Shown here: positions 46,642 to 56,142 of the stretch, piece by piece
How positions within the stretch are numbered: position 1 is the stretch's first letter
Layout of the letters: the number at the start of each line of letters is the position of its first letter
Source of the DNA: a virus
Taxonomy: Duplodnaviria; Caudoviricetes
DNA: 57,211 nucleotides
Virus record (IMG/VR): IMGVR_UViG_3300025632_000017
Location: 1 to 57,211 of that record
Direction: 5' to 3' (one strand)
Translations under genes and position numbers: made by a program
Notes under the pieces: generated by a model
What the model was told of the DNA's origin: nothing
Database searches by the model: none
The model's input: the letters and a program-made list of their open reading frames with translations, nothing else

Positions 46642-49605
46642 TTACTCTCCTAGTTTAGCTTTAAGCTCGTCAATCTGAGCTTGTTGTTCCTTCATGGCTT
46701 CGATCAAGAGAGCCACCATGTTTCCGTACTTAACTGACTTGATGCCTTGGTCATTTGTGCTGACTACATCCGGCAGTACAGCTTCCACTTCCTGAGCGAT
46801 TACGCCGACCTCTGAGTTGCCATTCTCGATCCAATCGAATGAGACACCACGCAAAGACTTAACGGCATCCAGAGAGCCTGTGAGCGTCTCTACGTTTGTC
46901 TTGAGAGTAGCGTCTGAGGTGGTGTTGAAGTTGGCAGCGTTTACTGTGCCTGAGAAGTAGGCGTCTTTGAAGGCTACAGCTGATAACCCTAAGTCAATAG
47001 CACTACCTCTAGAATCACCGTCATTGTTCACGGGGTAAATACGATCTGCACCATTGTCGAAAAGTAGCTTGGTATTGGAGTTTCCTAAGTACAGTCTGGA
47101 TTGGCCGTTTGCTAGTTTAGCCCCAAGGTCTCCTGCATATACGCCGTCTTTATAAATACCAAGAACTGGCCCATCATTTCCATTACGGCCAAAGGTGCCT
47201 GTACGGCCTTGATATGCAGAAGAGAAAAACAACCCATCATTTCTAATGGCAAAACCATTTGTAGTATTTCCTACACCCGGCTGTGTTGAACTAGACTGAC
47301 CCACAAGCAGGTTGCCGCTGGCATCAAATGTTGCAAAATCGCTTGTAACATTACCAATAACTAATTGATCAGAGCCTCCTAATTTCATCTTCATCTTGTT
47401 AGAAGATGCAACAACTTCCAGAGAGGAAGCAGATCCACCTGTTGCCCCGCTATTTGCAAAAAGACTTAGTAACGATAGCGTGTCCCCAGAGTCAGGAGCG
47501 CCAACAGTCAGTCTAGAAGAAGCAGACGTATGGTTAATCGCCACATTCCCGTTGCTCAAGATGCGCATGGCTTCGGAGCCGTTTGCAGTAAAGCGCATAG
47601 AATTATCAGAGTTAAAGTAAGCCAATTGACCAACATCAATGTCGGCACTATCACCTAGGTTTACATAACTAGCCCCGCCAGATGTTGTAGCCTCAAGGGT
47701 TAAAGCAGCGTAATCACCAGAACCTTTTACATGAAGTTCTGTTGAGGCACTTGTAGTTCCCAGCCCAAGTCTCTCCGTACTCGCATCCCAGAAGAACTTT
47801 GGTGTCGTGCCTGTGTCCTCGTAGAAGCTGATGTCGCCGTTTGCCGCTACAAGTAAACGCTGTGCAGGTGTTGCTCCTGTCTTTACTCTGAAAATACCGT
47901 TGGCACTTACTTCTGCACCATCTACATTGTTTTCAGGCGTAAAATAACGATCATCGTTAAACTTCAGTTTATCACCTGCGGTTAGTGTAATATCCCCATC
48001 CACAGTCAGCCCATCAGCCGTCACTGTGCCAGTTACGTCAATACCTGTGGAGGTGGTGGCGAGTTTAGGAGAGTTGGCATGGTATAAAGAAACTGCAGCA
48101 TTAGGATTTATATACATACCAGTAGAATTACCGGCAGTATTCATAAATACTTGATCTTCCGCTCTAATTTGAAGAGAATATCCGGCGGTATTTTCTTTAA
48201 TAATAGATGTATTGCCGTCAGAATAGATTTCTAAATCTCCGCCTGACCCAAAGATGGCTTTGTCGTTGTCACCGAAGGACAAGTTGCCAGTCATGCTATC
48301 GCCAGACTTAGAAACTTTAGAAGCAATATTGTTAGCAGTGGTAGTAGCAAAGTTAGGGTCATCACCTAATGCTGCTGCTAGTTCGTTTAATGTGTCTAGT
48401 GTGCCAGGAGCAGAATCTACAAGGTTAGCTACTGCGGTATCTGCATAGCCTGTGTAATAACTACCGTGCTGCCCGTCTAGTGTATCTGCATCTACGTTAA
48501 GAGCATCAATATCAGCTTTGGTTTGGTCAGCTGTCGCCCCGCTCTCAATGCCATTGAGCTTTGTGTGATCGGCATCTGTAAATACGTTGCTGTCAGTCGC
48601 GCTTTCTACAAGTGCGCGGATTTCGGCGGCTGTTTGATCGGCTGTAGCTCCGGCCTCAATACCTGCAAGTTTAGATATATCTCCAGCAGTTGTGAACTTG
48701 TTAGTAGTAGATGTATCACTAATATCGTCAGCATCAAGTACTACAGCACCTGTCTGTGTGTTTACACTGTCAACAGTATTTACTTCAGCACCTGTCTCAA
48801 TACCAGAAAGTTTTGTCTGCTCAGCATCAGTGAAAGCATTAGTGTTAGCGTTATTCTCGTAGGCTGTTTTAATCTCAGCATCTGTCTGGTCAGCTGTAGC
48901 GCCTGCTTCTACACCATCTAGTTTAGTACCATCTGTAGCTACATCTCTGCCATCTACAGTACCAGTAACTGTAATATTGCCAGTAACATCAATACCTGCA
49001 GCAAAGTCTACGTTAGCGTCAAACTGCCCACCAGTAACTTTAGATACTGTGTCAGCTAGAGTAAAAGCCTTAAATGCTACAATGTTAATCTCGTCACTGA
49101 GTGCAGCACCTGCAGTAAGCGTTACTGTGTTACCACCTGATACAGAGTAGTCTTGGCTGTTGCCCTCAAGAACAATACCATTCATGAAGACAATAATGTT
49201 ATCTTCAAAGAAGGCTAACTGATTGCTGTTATCATCATTACCAGTAAATACTGTCTGACCAGCTGTAGCTGTGAAGTAGAAGTAATCAATAGATCTACTA
49301 CCAAGGTTCTCAATATCAGTAGCAGAAGTAGTAATAAAAACTTCTTGTTGACCCGATAGATTGAGTAAGGAACCTGTTGAGCTTTCCTCTAACGAGCGAG
49401 ACATTGTAGTGCCACTGTGTGTATATACACCTGTGCCTACTTCCCAGTCATTAGTATCTACAATAGTGTATCTAACGGAGTTGCCATCAAGGATACCACC
49501 ATCAGAGAAAGTCTGGAAACTCTCTACTGCAGAGCCAAGCGTAATTGTGCCAGTACCCGTAGTAGCAGATGTAACCTTTACACGGTTAGCAAACTTAATC
49601 GTCAT
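46642..49605 (-). CDS. Long tail fibre with C-terminal S74 intramolecular chaperone
   Basis: [27 protein letters not shown], coiled-coil end. Confidence 0.9.
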   Translation of the reverse strand: MTIKFANRVKVTSATTGTGTITLGSAVESFQTFSDGGILDGNSVRYTIVDTNDWEVGTGVYTHSGTTMSRSLEESSTGSLLNLSGQQEVFITTSATDIENLGSRSIDYFYFTATAGQTVFTGNDDNSNQLAFFEDNIIVFMNGIVLEGNSQDYSVSGGNTVTLTAGAALSDEINIVAFKAFTLADTVSKVTGGQFDANVDFAAGIDVTGNITVTGTVDGRDVATDGTKLDGVEAGATADQTDAEIKTAYENNANTNAFTDAEQTKLSGIETGAEVNTVDSVNTQTGAVVLDADDISDTSTTNKFTTAGDISKLAGIEAGATADQTAAEIRALVESATDSNVFTDADHTKLNGIESGATADQTKADIDALNVDADTLDGQHGSYYTGYADTAVANLVDSAPGTLDTLNELAAALGDDPNFATTTANNIASKVSKSGDSMTGNLSFGDNDKAIFGSGGDLEIYSDGNTSIIKENTAGYSLQIRAEDQVFMNTAGNSTGMYINPNAAVSLYHANSPKLATTSTGIDVTGTVTADGLTVDGDITLTAGDKLKFNDDRYFTPENNVDGAEVSANGIFRVKTGATPAQRLLVAANGDISFYEDTGTTPKFFWDASTERLGLGTTSASTELHVKGSGDYAALTLEATTSGGASYVNLGDSADIDVGQLAYFNSDNSMRFTANGSEAMRILSNGNVAINHTSASSRLTVGAPDSGDTLSLLSLFANSGATGGSASSLEVVASSNKMKMKLGGSDQLVIGNVTSDFATFDASGNLLVGQSSSTQPGVGNTTNGFAIRNDGLFFSSAYQGRTGTFGRNGNDGPVLGIYKDGVYAGDLGAKLANGQSRLYLGNSNTKLLFDNGADRIYPVNNDGDSRGSAIDLGLSAVAFKDAYFSGTVNAANFNTTSDATLKTNVETLTGSLDAVKSLRGVSFDWIENGNSEVGVIAQEVEAVLPDVVSTNDQGIKSVKYGNMVALLIEAMKEQQAQIDELKAKLGE

Positions 49606-49626
49606 GGATAGGTATCCTTGTGGTGT

Positions 49627-50064
49627 TTAGGCGATACGAATTACAGCTGTAGCAGCTGCAGCAGCAGGAAACTCAATAGTCAAGTCACCAGCTGTAGCAC
49701 TAACCGTGCCACCAAAGTCAATAACTGCTACCGCTTTATTGCCCTGCGTTGAGTTGTAGATAATACAACCAGCTGTGGAAATAGTTACGTTACCAAATAC
49801 TTCATCAGTAAAGTCAACAATAGCTGTACTGCCGTCAAGAGTAATAGTAGCACCGTCTAGAGCCTGACCACCAGCTGTGTAGTTTGTACCTACAGCTTCG
49901 TCTGTATTACCCGTAACATCAGAGTAGTTAGTTGTAGCAGCACCGTAAGTACCTGCCATTGAAGTCTTAATAAGAGCTAATTTTAGTACATCTGTATCCA
50001 GATCATGAACACCCCCAAGAAGCTCTTGCTTGAAGCTGTTGCACATTGCAGTTGTGATAGCCAT
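49627..50064 (-). CDS. Virion structural protein
   Basis: AMCNSFKQELL, Y.AGG..L, AVAVIDFGG, TIEFP. Confidence 0.7.
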   Translation of the reverse strand: MAITTAMCNSFKQELLGGVHDLDTDVLKLALIKTSMAGTYGAATTNYSDVTGNTDEAVGTNYTAGGQALDGATITLDGSTAIVDFTDEVFGNVTISTAGCIIYNSTQGNKAVAVIDFGGTVSATAGDLTIEFPAAAAATAVIRIA

Positions 50065-50086
50065 CTTGTGATGTCCCTTTATATGT

Positions 50087-50123
50087 GAAAAAAGCACAAA
50101 GGGGCCAGCATGTAGCCAGCCCC
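50087..50123 (-). terminator. Terminator after major capsid gene
   Basis: GGGGCTGGC-TACAT-GCTGGCCCC then TTTGTGCTTTTTT. Confidence 0.75.
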
Positions 50124-50136
50124 AGTGTTATGCCTA

Positions 50137-51195
50137 TTAGGCAGCGTTGTAGTTAGCAACAATAAGAGCCTCTGGACGCAGGATCTTGCGACCATAGAGG
50201 TGCATACCACGAACGATGTCAGCAAAGCTGTCTGGGTCACGGTAGTTCTCTACTTTGTTGATTTGCTCAGCAGAAGCAACAGCCTCGTCCTGACCAGCAA
50301 CAACTACACCGTAGTTAGTAGACTGTGCAGTTGTACCGTTAGTACCAGCACCTGAGCCCAAGTAAGGCAGGTTGTTGGATACGTAGATACGGAAGCCGTG
50401 CAGGTTGTTGAGAACCAAACCGTTCATCAAGCCTGAGCCACCGAAGTCTGCGTTAAGTACACGAGAGTCTTCGTCTTTCAGCATCTCAACAAAGATTGGA
50501 TCGACAACCATCCAGCGACCACGTGCGTCAACGTTTTGTACGTCAAGCTTACGAGCCATACGTGCAACCACAGTCAAAGGAGAAACAGTTGTCGCAGACA
50601 ATGCTGTTGCACCTGGGAGGCGTGGAGCGAGTGGGATGGAGTCACCTGCAGTAGCTGAACCAGAGATGGTCAAGTTACCGAAGTCAGTTGCGTCCAGTTT
50701 GTTGTCTGCCAACAGTTCGTCAGTACCAGCACCAGTATTGGCTTTATCGCCAGAAGCTGTTGTGTTGACGGCCCAAGAGCCTGCACCACCAGCGTAACCA
50801 GACAAGTAACCCAAGCATTCTTCATCCATGGCGTCTGCCATTTTGTAGGCTGCACGGTTGGCTGCCAATGAGGTGAAGTCTACGTGAGAGAACTGCTCTT
50901 CAATGTCATCCATTTTGAAAGCAAAGTAGTTAGCTTTATCAATAGTCAAAGAGAAGTCTGTGTCATCAAGTTTCTCTACTGAGATACCTGTGTGACGCTG
51001 CAGAGCGTTGACGGTTACGTCTGGCTCTTTTTGGATGCGAACTGTGTCGCCTTGGTTTGCAATCTCACCAAAGTAAGAGTTGTTGGTGATTGCGTTAGTT
51101 ACAGCACTTTTACGCAGAGCGATTTGTGCCTGTTTAGAGTAGATAATCGGGGAGAAGTTCCCGTTAAATCCACCACCAGCGGTTCCGATAGCCAT
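50137..51195 (-). CDS. Major capsid protein
   Basis: NFSPIIYSK, GEI...GDTVRI, FADIVRGMHLYG.KILRPEAL; AAGGAG RBS; own promoter and terminator. Confidence 0.9.
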   Translation of the reverse strand: MAIGTAGGGFNGNFSPIIYSKQAQIALRKSAVTNAITNNSYFGEIANQGDTVRIQKEPDVTVNALQRHTGISVEKLDDTDFSLTIDKANYFAFKMDDIEEQFSHVDFTSLAANRAAYKMADAMDEECLGYLSGYAGGAGSWAVNTTASGDKANTGAGTDELLADNKLDATDFGNLTISGSATAGDSIPLAPRLPGATALSATTVSPLTVVARMARKLDVQNVDARGRWMVVDPIFVEMLKDEDSRVLNADFGGSGLMNGLVLNNLHGFRIYVSNNLPYLGSGAGTNGTTAQSTNYGVVVAGQDEAVASAEQINKVENYRDPDSFADIVRGMHLYGRKILRPEALIVANYNAA

Positions 51196-51401
51196 AATAA
51201 TTCTCCTTATAGATATGGCGTGAGAGATATACACTACATATCCACTAAAGAGGCTCGTCTTAGTAGGGTAGTCAGCTATGCTCTAAGGATGGCCGTCCGT
51301 TGAGCGCTGGGCCTATAATCTGAGGTAGTTCTTTGATGTGGCTTTAGTGCTTAGTGAAAAGCATGTACAGGCAGTTTATGCCTGACACTGTACATGCCTA
51401 T

Positions 51402-51430
51402 AGTTTTATCTATGATTGAATAAGTGTCAA
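51402..51430 (-). promoter_or_regulatory. Putative capsid promoter TTGACA-N16-TAAAACT
   Basis: Perfect -35; ~200 nt upstream of capsid start. Confidence 0.65.
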
Positions 51431-51431
51431 G

Positions 51432-52358
51432 TTATTTCTTAGACATATCATAAATAAATTTACCAGAGCGCTGAGCTTCAAAGATCTCATCATTGCGCTT
51501 CTCGTATTCTTTAAGGCTCATCTTAGCTACTTGTGATTCACTGAGATACCTTGAGGAGTCATCTGCATCCAATGCAGTACGACCTTTAGCTTTAACTGAG
51601 GATGCAGCTGCTTTGTCTGAGCTAGAGCTACTCTTAGTCTTGATACCTTTATCTGACTTGTAGAGATCAATAACACGTGCAACAGACTTAGCGTCTTCAC
51701 TGTTCTCGTATAGTGCATCCTGTACAACTTTAGGCTGCTTTTCTGCCCATGTATGAAACGCATCATCAGCACGAATCTCTTGAAAGTCAGGGTGCATAGA
51801 GAGTAACTCAGCTTCAGCCTTATCTCGTTTAGCAGATGCACGTAACTCTTCAATCTCTTTAAGACGCCCGTCTAAATCAGCAGAACGTTCATTAGCTTTC
51901 TTATCAGCAATAGCCTCTACGATACCTGCAACGTCTGGGTACTTCTTAGCCCATGCTTCTACTTCGTCTTCTGACTTAGGTAGTACAAGTTCATTCTTTG
52001 TAGCTGCATCTAGTTGTGACTTAAGCTTATCAAGCTGTGATTGAAACTCTTTCTCTTTCTCTTGAGTGTGTCGCCGTAGATCACCGTAACGCTTCTTGAA
52101 GTTCTTCTCTTCTGCACTCAGATCTTCATCTTGTGCTTCAGCTTGTGGTTCTTCTTCTTGTTCGGTAACACTCTCTGCCTGAACTGTGCGCTCGACAGGC
52201 TCTTCGCTACGGGATTCCTCTTCAGCAGTTTCTTCTTCTGTTTCATCTGTCTGAATCCCTGCTTGTTTAAACAGAGCTTTTAGTTCCTCTTCATCACGTT
52301 GTACACGAGATATGTTACGATTATGGGACGCTGAGTCCGTCTGAATTGCTTCTGCCAT
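51432..52358 (-). CDS. Putative scaffolding protein
   Basis: Acidic N-terminus, FKKRYGDLRRH coiled coil, directly upstream of capsid. Confidence 0.7.
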   Translation of the reverse strand: MAEAIQTDSASHNRNISRVQRDEEELKALFKQAGIQTDETEEETAEEESRSEEPVERTVQAESVTEQEEEPQAEAQDEDLSAEEKNFKKRYGDLRRHTQEKEKEFQSQLDKLKSQLDAATKNELVLPKSEDEVEAWAKKYPDVAGIVEAIADKKANERSADLDGRLKEIEELRASAKRDKAEAELLSMHPDFQEIRADDAFHTWAEKQPKVVQDALYENSEDAKSVARVIDLYKSDKGIKTKSSSSSDKAAASSVKAKGRTALDADDSSRYLSESQVAKMSLKEYEKRNDEIFEAQRSGKFIYDMSKK

Positions 52359-52426
52359 TTTCTTTCCTTATGTTGGGGCCAGCATTATTGCTGGGTAGCC
52401 TTATAGTTATTTGGTAGTCTTAGTAG

Positions 52427-53827
52427 TTACTTCTTCTTTTTCATCAAGCCGCCTTTATTTAGTCCTGATATACCATAGGCAGTGTCTAAAGAAGCACCAC
52501 CTGCTGTTGTATCATCTGATGCAGTAGAAGTACTTGTACCTGTTGTTATACCACTTGTGGTCTCTTTAGCAGCAGCTGTTTTTGCTTCAGCGGCAGCCCG
52601 TCTATCTCTCATCATGGATTCATGTGCGTTATTCCCACCCCCATTATTTTGTGGAGGCTGCTCAGTAGGTTGCGATGTAGGAGTGCTAACAGGGTCATTA
52701 CTCGTGCTGTTTGCAAAGCCAGGCTCAAGAACTTCGCCTGTTGCATCGTCTACAAGAACACCGTTTCTGTAAGATTTACCATCTCCTTTTGTTAGGATAT
52801 TGGCAAGGGACTCTGTAATACTATTACCTTTGTATGTCTCACTACCCGTAAGTACTTCAATACCAGTAGGTGCTTCTCTAAGTTTAGCAGAGCCGTCTGC
52901 GTTCTTACCTTGCATAACGTTGCGAATTTCTTCTAGCTTTTTAGCTTGGGAAGTATTGCCAGTATTTGTAAGAGATTCAATCTGACTATCAAGGCCTTTA
53001 AGCATAGAGTTTTTCTGTAGTTTCATTAGACCTTTTACACCAAGTCCTGCTAACGGACCTAACATAAGAGCTGCACCATAGGATAGGCCTGTACCCATAC
53101 CCTCAAGTTCTTCGTAAGTTGATAGAAACTTTTCAGGTGTAGCGACAGTAGGGTCAGACCAGTCAATAGCTTCTGCTGGAGGAGGTGGTGGTGTACTATC
53201 ATTGTCATTAGAGTTATTAGATGTAGCAGTGCCTGTTGCTGCTGCTGTTTCTACTTGAGTAGATACCTGTTCAGCCGCAGTAGCTTCTTGAGTAGCCCCA
53301 TCAGGAATAGGTGTTAAAGGTTTACCATTCATAAACTGAATATAATACTTTGTTCCATCTGCTCCAATAAAGGTACGAATCTCAAAGCCGCTGCTATCAG
53401 ATCCTGTGGCAACGTGGTACGGTAGAGCGGCTTCACCGCCTTCAGCATAACCAGAGATAAAACCACCTTGGTTCATCATAGGTTGCTCTTCTGGAGAGTC
53501 TTCAACCATCTGTAACTCAGACACGTCAAAAGGTAATTCATCACCACCCATCTCCATGCCAGTCTCGCCGACAGGCTCACCACCGATGCGTCCATTAGCT
53601 TCCATATCAGCAAAGCCTCGCTTGGCTTCATTACGGATGTCCTCAAAGAACTTAACGCCAAAGAAGCGTACCACATCAGCAGGTACGACATACTCACCTT
53701 CACTCAGTTGAGCAGGGATGTCATCACGTACTTCTTCTGGCATAGAGCCTGTAGGTACTTCATTGCCTGACACAGGGTCTACACGTTCACCTTCATCACC
53801 GAAGGCCGTTTCCATTTGTTCATCCAT
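52427..53827 (-). CDS. Head-region hypothetical protein
   Basis: DDIPAQLSEGEYVVPADVV motif; low-complexity C-terminus. Confidence 0.7.
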   Translation of the reverse strand: MDEQMETAFGDEGERVDPVSGNEVPTGSMPEEVRDDIPAQLSEGEYVVPADVVRFFGVKFFEDIRNEAKRGFADMEANGRIGGEPVGETGMEMGGDELPFDVSELQMVEDSPEEQPMMNQGGFISGYAEGGEAALPYHVATGSDSSGFEIRTFIGADGTKYYIQFMNGKPLTPIPDGATQEATAAEQVSTQVETAAATGTATSNNSNDNDSTPPPPPAEAIDWSDPTVATPEKFLSTYEELEGMGTGLSYGAALMLGPLAGLGVKGLMKLQKNSMLKGLDSQIESLTNTGNTSQAKKLEEIRNVMQGKNADGSAKLREAPTGIEVLTGSETYKGNSITESLANILTKGDGKSYRNGVLVDDATGEVLEPGFANSTSNDPVSTPTSQPTEQPPQNNGGGNNAHESMMRDRRAAAEAKTAAAKETTSGITTGTSTSTASDDTTAGGASLDTAYGISGLNKGGLMKKKK

Positions 53828-54008
53828 TTACTTTGTCCCTCAAGTACTTTAGTTGTCTCAGCGCTTTGATAGCACCCTGATGTCGGTATAGCTCTGCAGT
53901 ATCAGAGATGTTTTCCATACTTCTATGCGTGGAAGAGATGCACCCATCAAGCTCCTCAATGAACGCATCCCATATCTGTTTATCGTTAACTAGCTTCTTA
54001 AGCGACAT
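53820..54008 (-). CDS. Small conserved protein downstream of portal
   Basis: LYRHQGAIKALRQL motif. Confidence 0.7.
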   Translation of the reverse strand: MSLKKLVNDKQIWDAFIEELDGCISSTHRSMENISDTAELYRHQGAIKALRQLKYLRDKVNG

Positions 54009-56130
54009 TACCGCTAAACCCTTGCTCACCCGGTGTTGGTGCTGTTCCTACGCCCATCTGTCCACCGCCACTTCCTGTGGTGTCCTGTACGCCCTGTGGA
54101 GCCTGTCCTTCTGGCGCTGGGCTACCTTGGGGCATGGGAACGCCTTCTGGGCCTGTAGGGGCAGGAGGTGGAGCCTGAAAGCCTTTTAAGATCTCAGACT
54201 GTATAGCAGCATCCTGCATAGAGTTAGTCACTTTGTCTGGGTCAAGATCCATAGACTTAGCAATCTCACGAATGATGTAGTCCATCTTAGCGAAGGGAGC
54301 TAGGACTGGGTTCTGTGCAACCTGCAAGAACTGCATCAAACGCTGTGAGCGTACCTCGTTAGCCATAAGGCTCTCTGTACCAGATGCACGGACCTCTAGA
54401 TCTCCACGGATAGATGGATCAAAGTCAAACTGCATGTTGAAAGCAAAGAATGCCTTACCCATGGGGCGAATAAGGTAATCGTCTACGTTCTTTACTACCG
54501 CCCGAATAGAACCGTTAGCAGCAGACATAAGCATAGAAATACCAGAAGCTGTACGCCCAACGCCAGATACTCCGGTTTGTCCGTGAGCGAAACTAGGGAA
54601 TCCAGTACTTTCATCTGCTAGTACCCGTGCCTTATCAAAGAGTTGCATGTTCTCTTGTGCTACGTTAGGGAACTTAGTGCCGAAGATTCCTTGCCCTGGA
54701 GCACCGCCCTGACGCCGGAACACCTTGCCCGGATACACTGACATATCTTGACCTGGTACAAGGTTAGTCTCATCTACTTCAATGATAAGATTACCAGATA
54801 GTGCAGCGTTGTCAATAGCCATACGCATAAAGCCATTCATCAACGTCTGTGTATCGTCCATGTTCTCAGCAATGCCTACGCCAAAGAAGGAGTAAGGGTT
54901 GTGCTCATAAGGTACAGCATAGTAAGGAATACGTGCAGGCTTAAACGGATTCAATACAAATCGCAGAACCTCGCCGTTACAAACCCAGATATTACAGTTC
55001 AGTTCATCAAGGTCTTTATACTCCCGTGGTATATTAACACCATGCTCTTCAAGAATGCCTGTATCTACGAAACCCCAGAACTCCAATACTTCCCAACGCT
55101 CTGAGTCGGGCTGCGTATCGTCATCTTCCATAGCCATTTCCCAGTGTTTCTGAATGTAATCTGGGCCTTTGGCGATAGCCATATCTAAAGCATCCTTCAT
55201 AAAGTAAGGACGGCTCTTGAGCGCACGTAATTGAGTGCGTGACATTTTATGTCGTTCAATTATGTATTCTGCTTCATCCATAGAAGCTGCTTCTGGATCT
55301 GGGTAGAAGTTCCAGCAGGAAACGTGTTGTGTTTCTGGAACAGTCTTAACAATAGGCTCATAATCACCGTCTTCGTTCCAGTTAGGGTATTCTTTATCTA
55401 CAGCAAATGGACCTTTCATGACACCTGTGCCAAGTAAAGCCATCTCAAATGCCATAGAACGTAAGTGAATAGAAGCACCCGATTCCTCTAACTGATCGTG
55501 GATCTTCTTTTCCATTTTCTTAGCTGCAATCATAGCAGGATGAAATGTTACTGTGGTAGGAGTAGTACCGTCACCCTCGACTATCTTTTCACTTACATTA
55601 GCTAGTTTTTCCTGTAACGGACCTAACCTACGAGCTAAGTCTGCAAGAGTATCACCTGGCTGAAGTTTAGTATCAGGACCAATTAAGTAAGGCTTAGGAG
55701 CAGGGCTTTGAGTAACAGAGTTTAATGCTTCACCAGCAGCAGCTGCGTTAGGGTCCATGTTTATGTGTACAGATTCAGCTACGCCATCTGGTAGTATAGA
55801 GGGGTCAACCGACATAGGGAATTTGTTGTTACCAAACAATACATCTGTAATAGATCCGTATGCAGCTAAGGTTTTTGTTTTAGTGACCTTAATAAATACA
55901 CGAGACTTTTCCGTGTCTGTAAACTGTACTTCAGAACTATAGAGACCACGATAGTTGCGGTATGCACGAAGCCAACGCTGTTCATCTGAGTATCGAGAGT
56001 CTTCTGAACGTGTATATCGCTGTTTAACAAAGCCTACTACACTAGATGCCTCTTCAAAAATACTATCTTTAGTATCTTCTGCTGCTGTTACATCATCCGT
56101 CTCAAACGAAAGTTCATTATTCTCTGCCAT
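53998..56130 (-). CDS. Portal protein
   Basis: 710 aa after terL; LLGTGVMKGP, FYPDP, RTASGISMLM; P/G-rich tail. Confidence 0.88.
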   Translation of the reverse strand: MAENNELSFETDDVTAAEDTKDSIFEEASSVVGFVKQRYTRSEDSRYSDEQRWLRAYRNYRGLYSSEVQFTDTEKSRVFIKVTKTKTLAAYGSITDVLFGNNKFPMSVDPSILPDGVAESVHINMDPNAAAAGEALNSVTQSPAPKPYLIGPDTKLQPGDTLADLARRLGPLQEKLANVSEKIVEGDGTTPTTVTFHPAMIAAKKMEKKIHDQLEESGASIHLRSMAFEMALLGTGVMKGPFAVDKEYPNWNEDGDYEPIVKTVPETQHVSCWNFYPDPEAASMDEAEYIIERHKMSRTQLRALKSRPYFMKDALDMAIAKGPDYIQKHWEMAMEDDDTQPDSERWEVLEFWGFVDTGILEEHGVNIPREYKDLDELNCNIWVCNGEVLRFVLNPFKPARIPYYAVPYEHNPYSFFGVGIAENMDDTQTLMNGFMRMAIDNAALSGNLIIEVDETNLVPGQDMSVYPGKVFRRQGGAPGQGIFGTKFPNVAQENMQLFDKARVLADESTGFPSFAHGQTGVSGVGRTASGISMLMSAANGSIRAVVKNVDDYLIRPMGKAFFAFNMQFDFDPSIRGDLEVRASGTESLMANEVRSQRLMQFLQVAQNPVLAPFAKMDYIIREIAKSMDLDPDKVTNSMQDAAIQSEILKGFQAPPPAPTGPEGVPMPQGSPAPEGQAPQGVQDTTGSGGGQMGVGTAPTPGEQGFSGNVA

Positions 56131-56142
56131 GTTCTATCTTCC

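Noticed and set aside
37209-49605. Diversity-generating retroelement or invertible tail-fibre switch
   Set aside because: No reverse transcriptase, no adenine-specific TR/VR pair, no invertase or inverted fibre cassette seen
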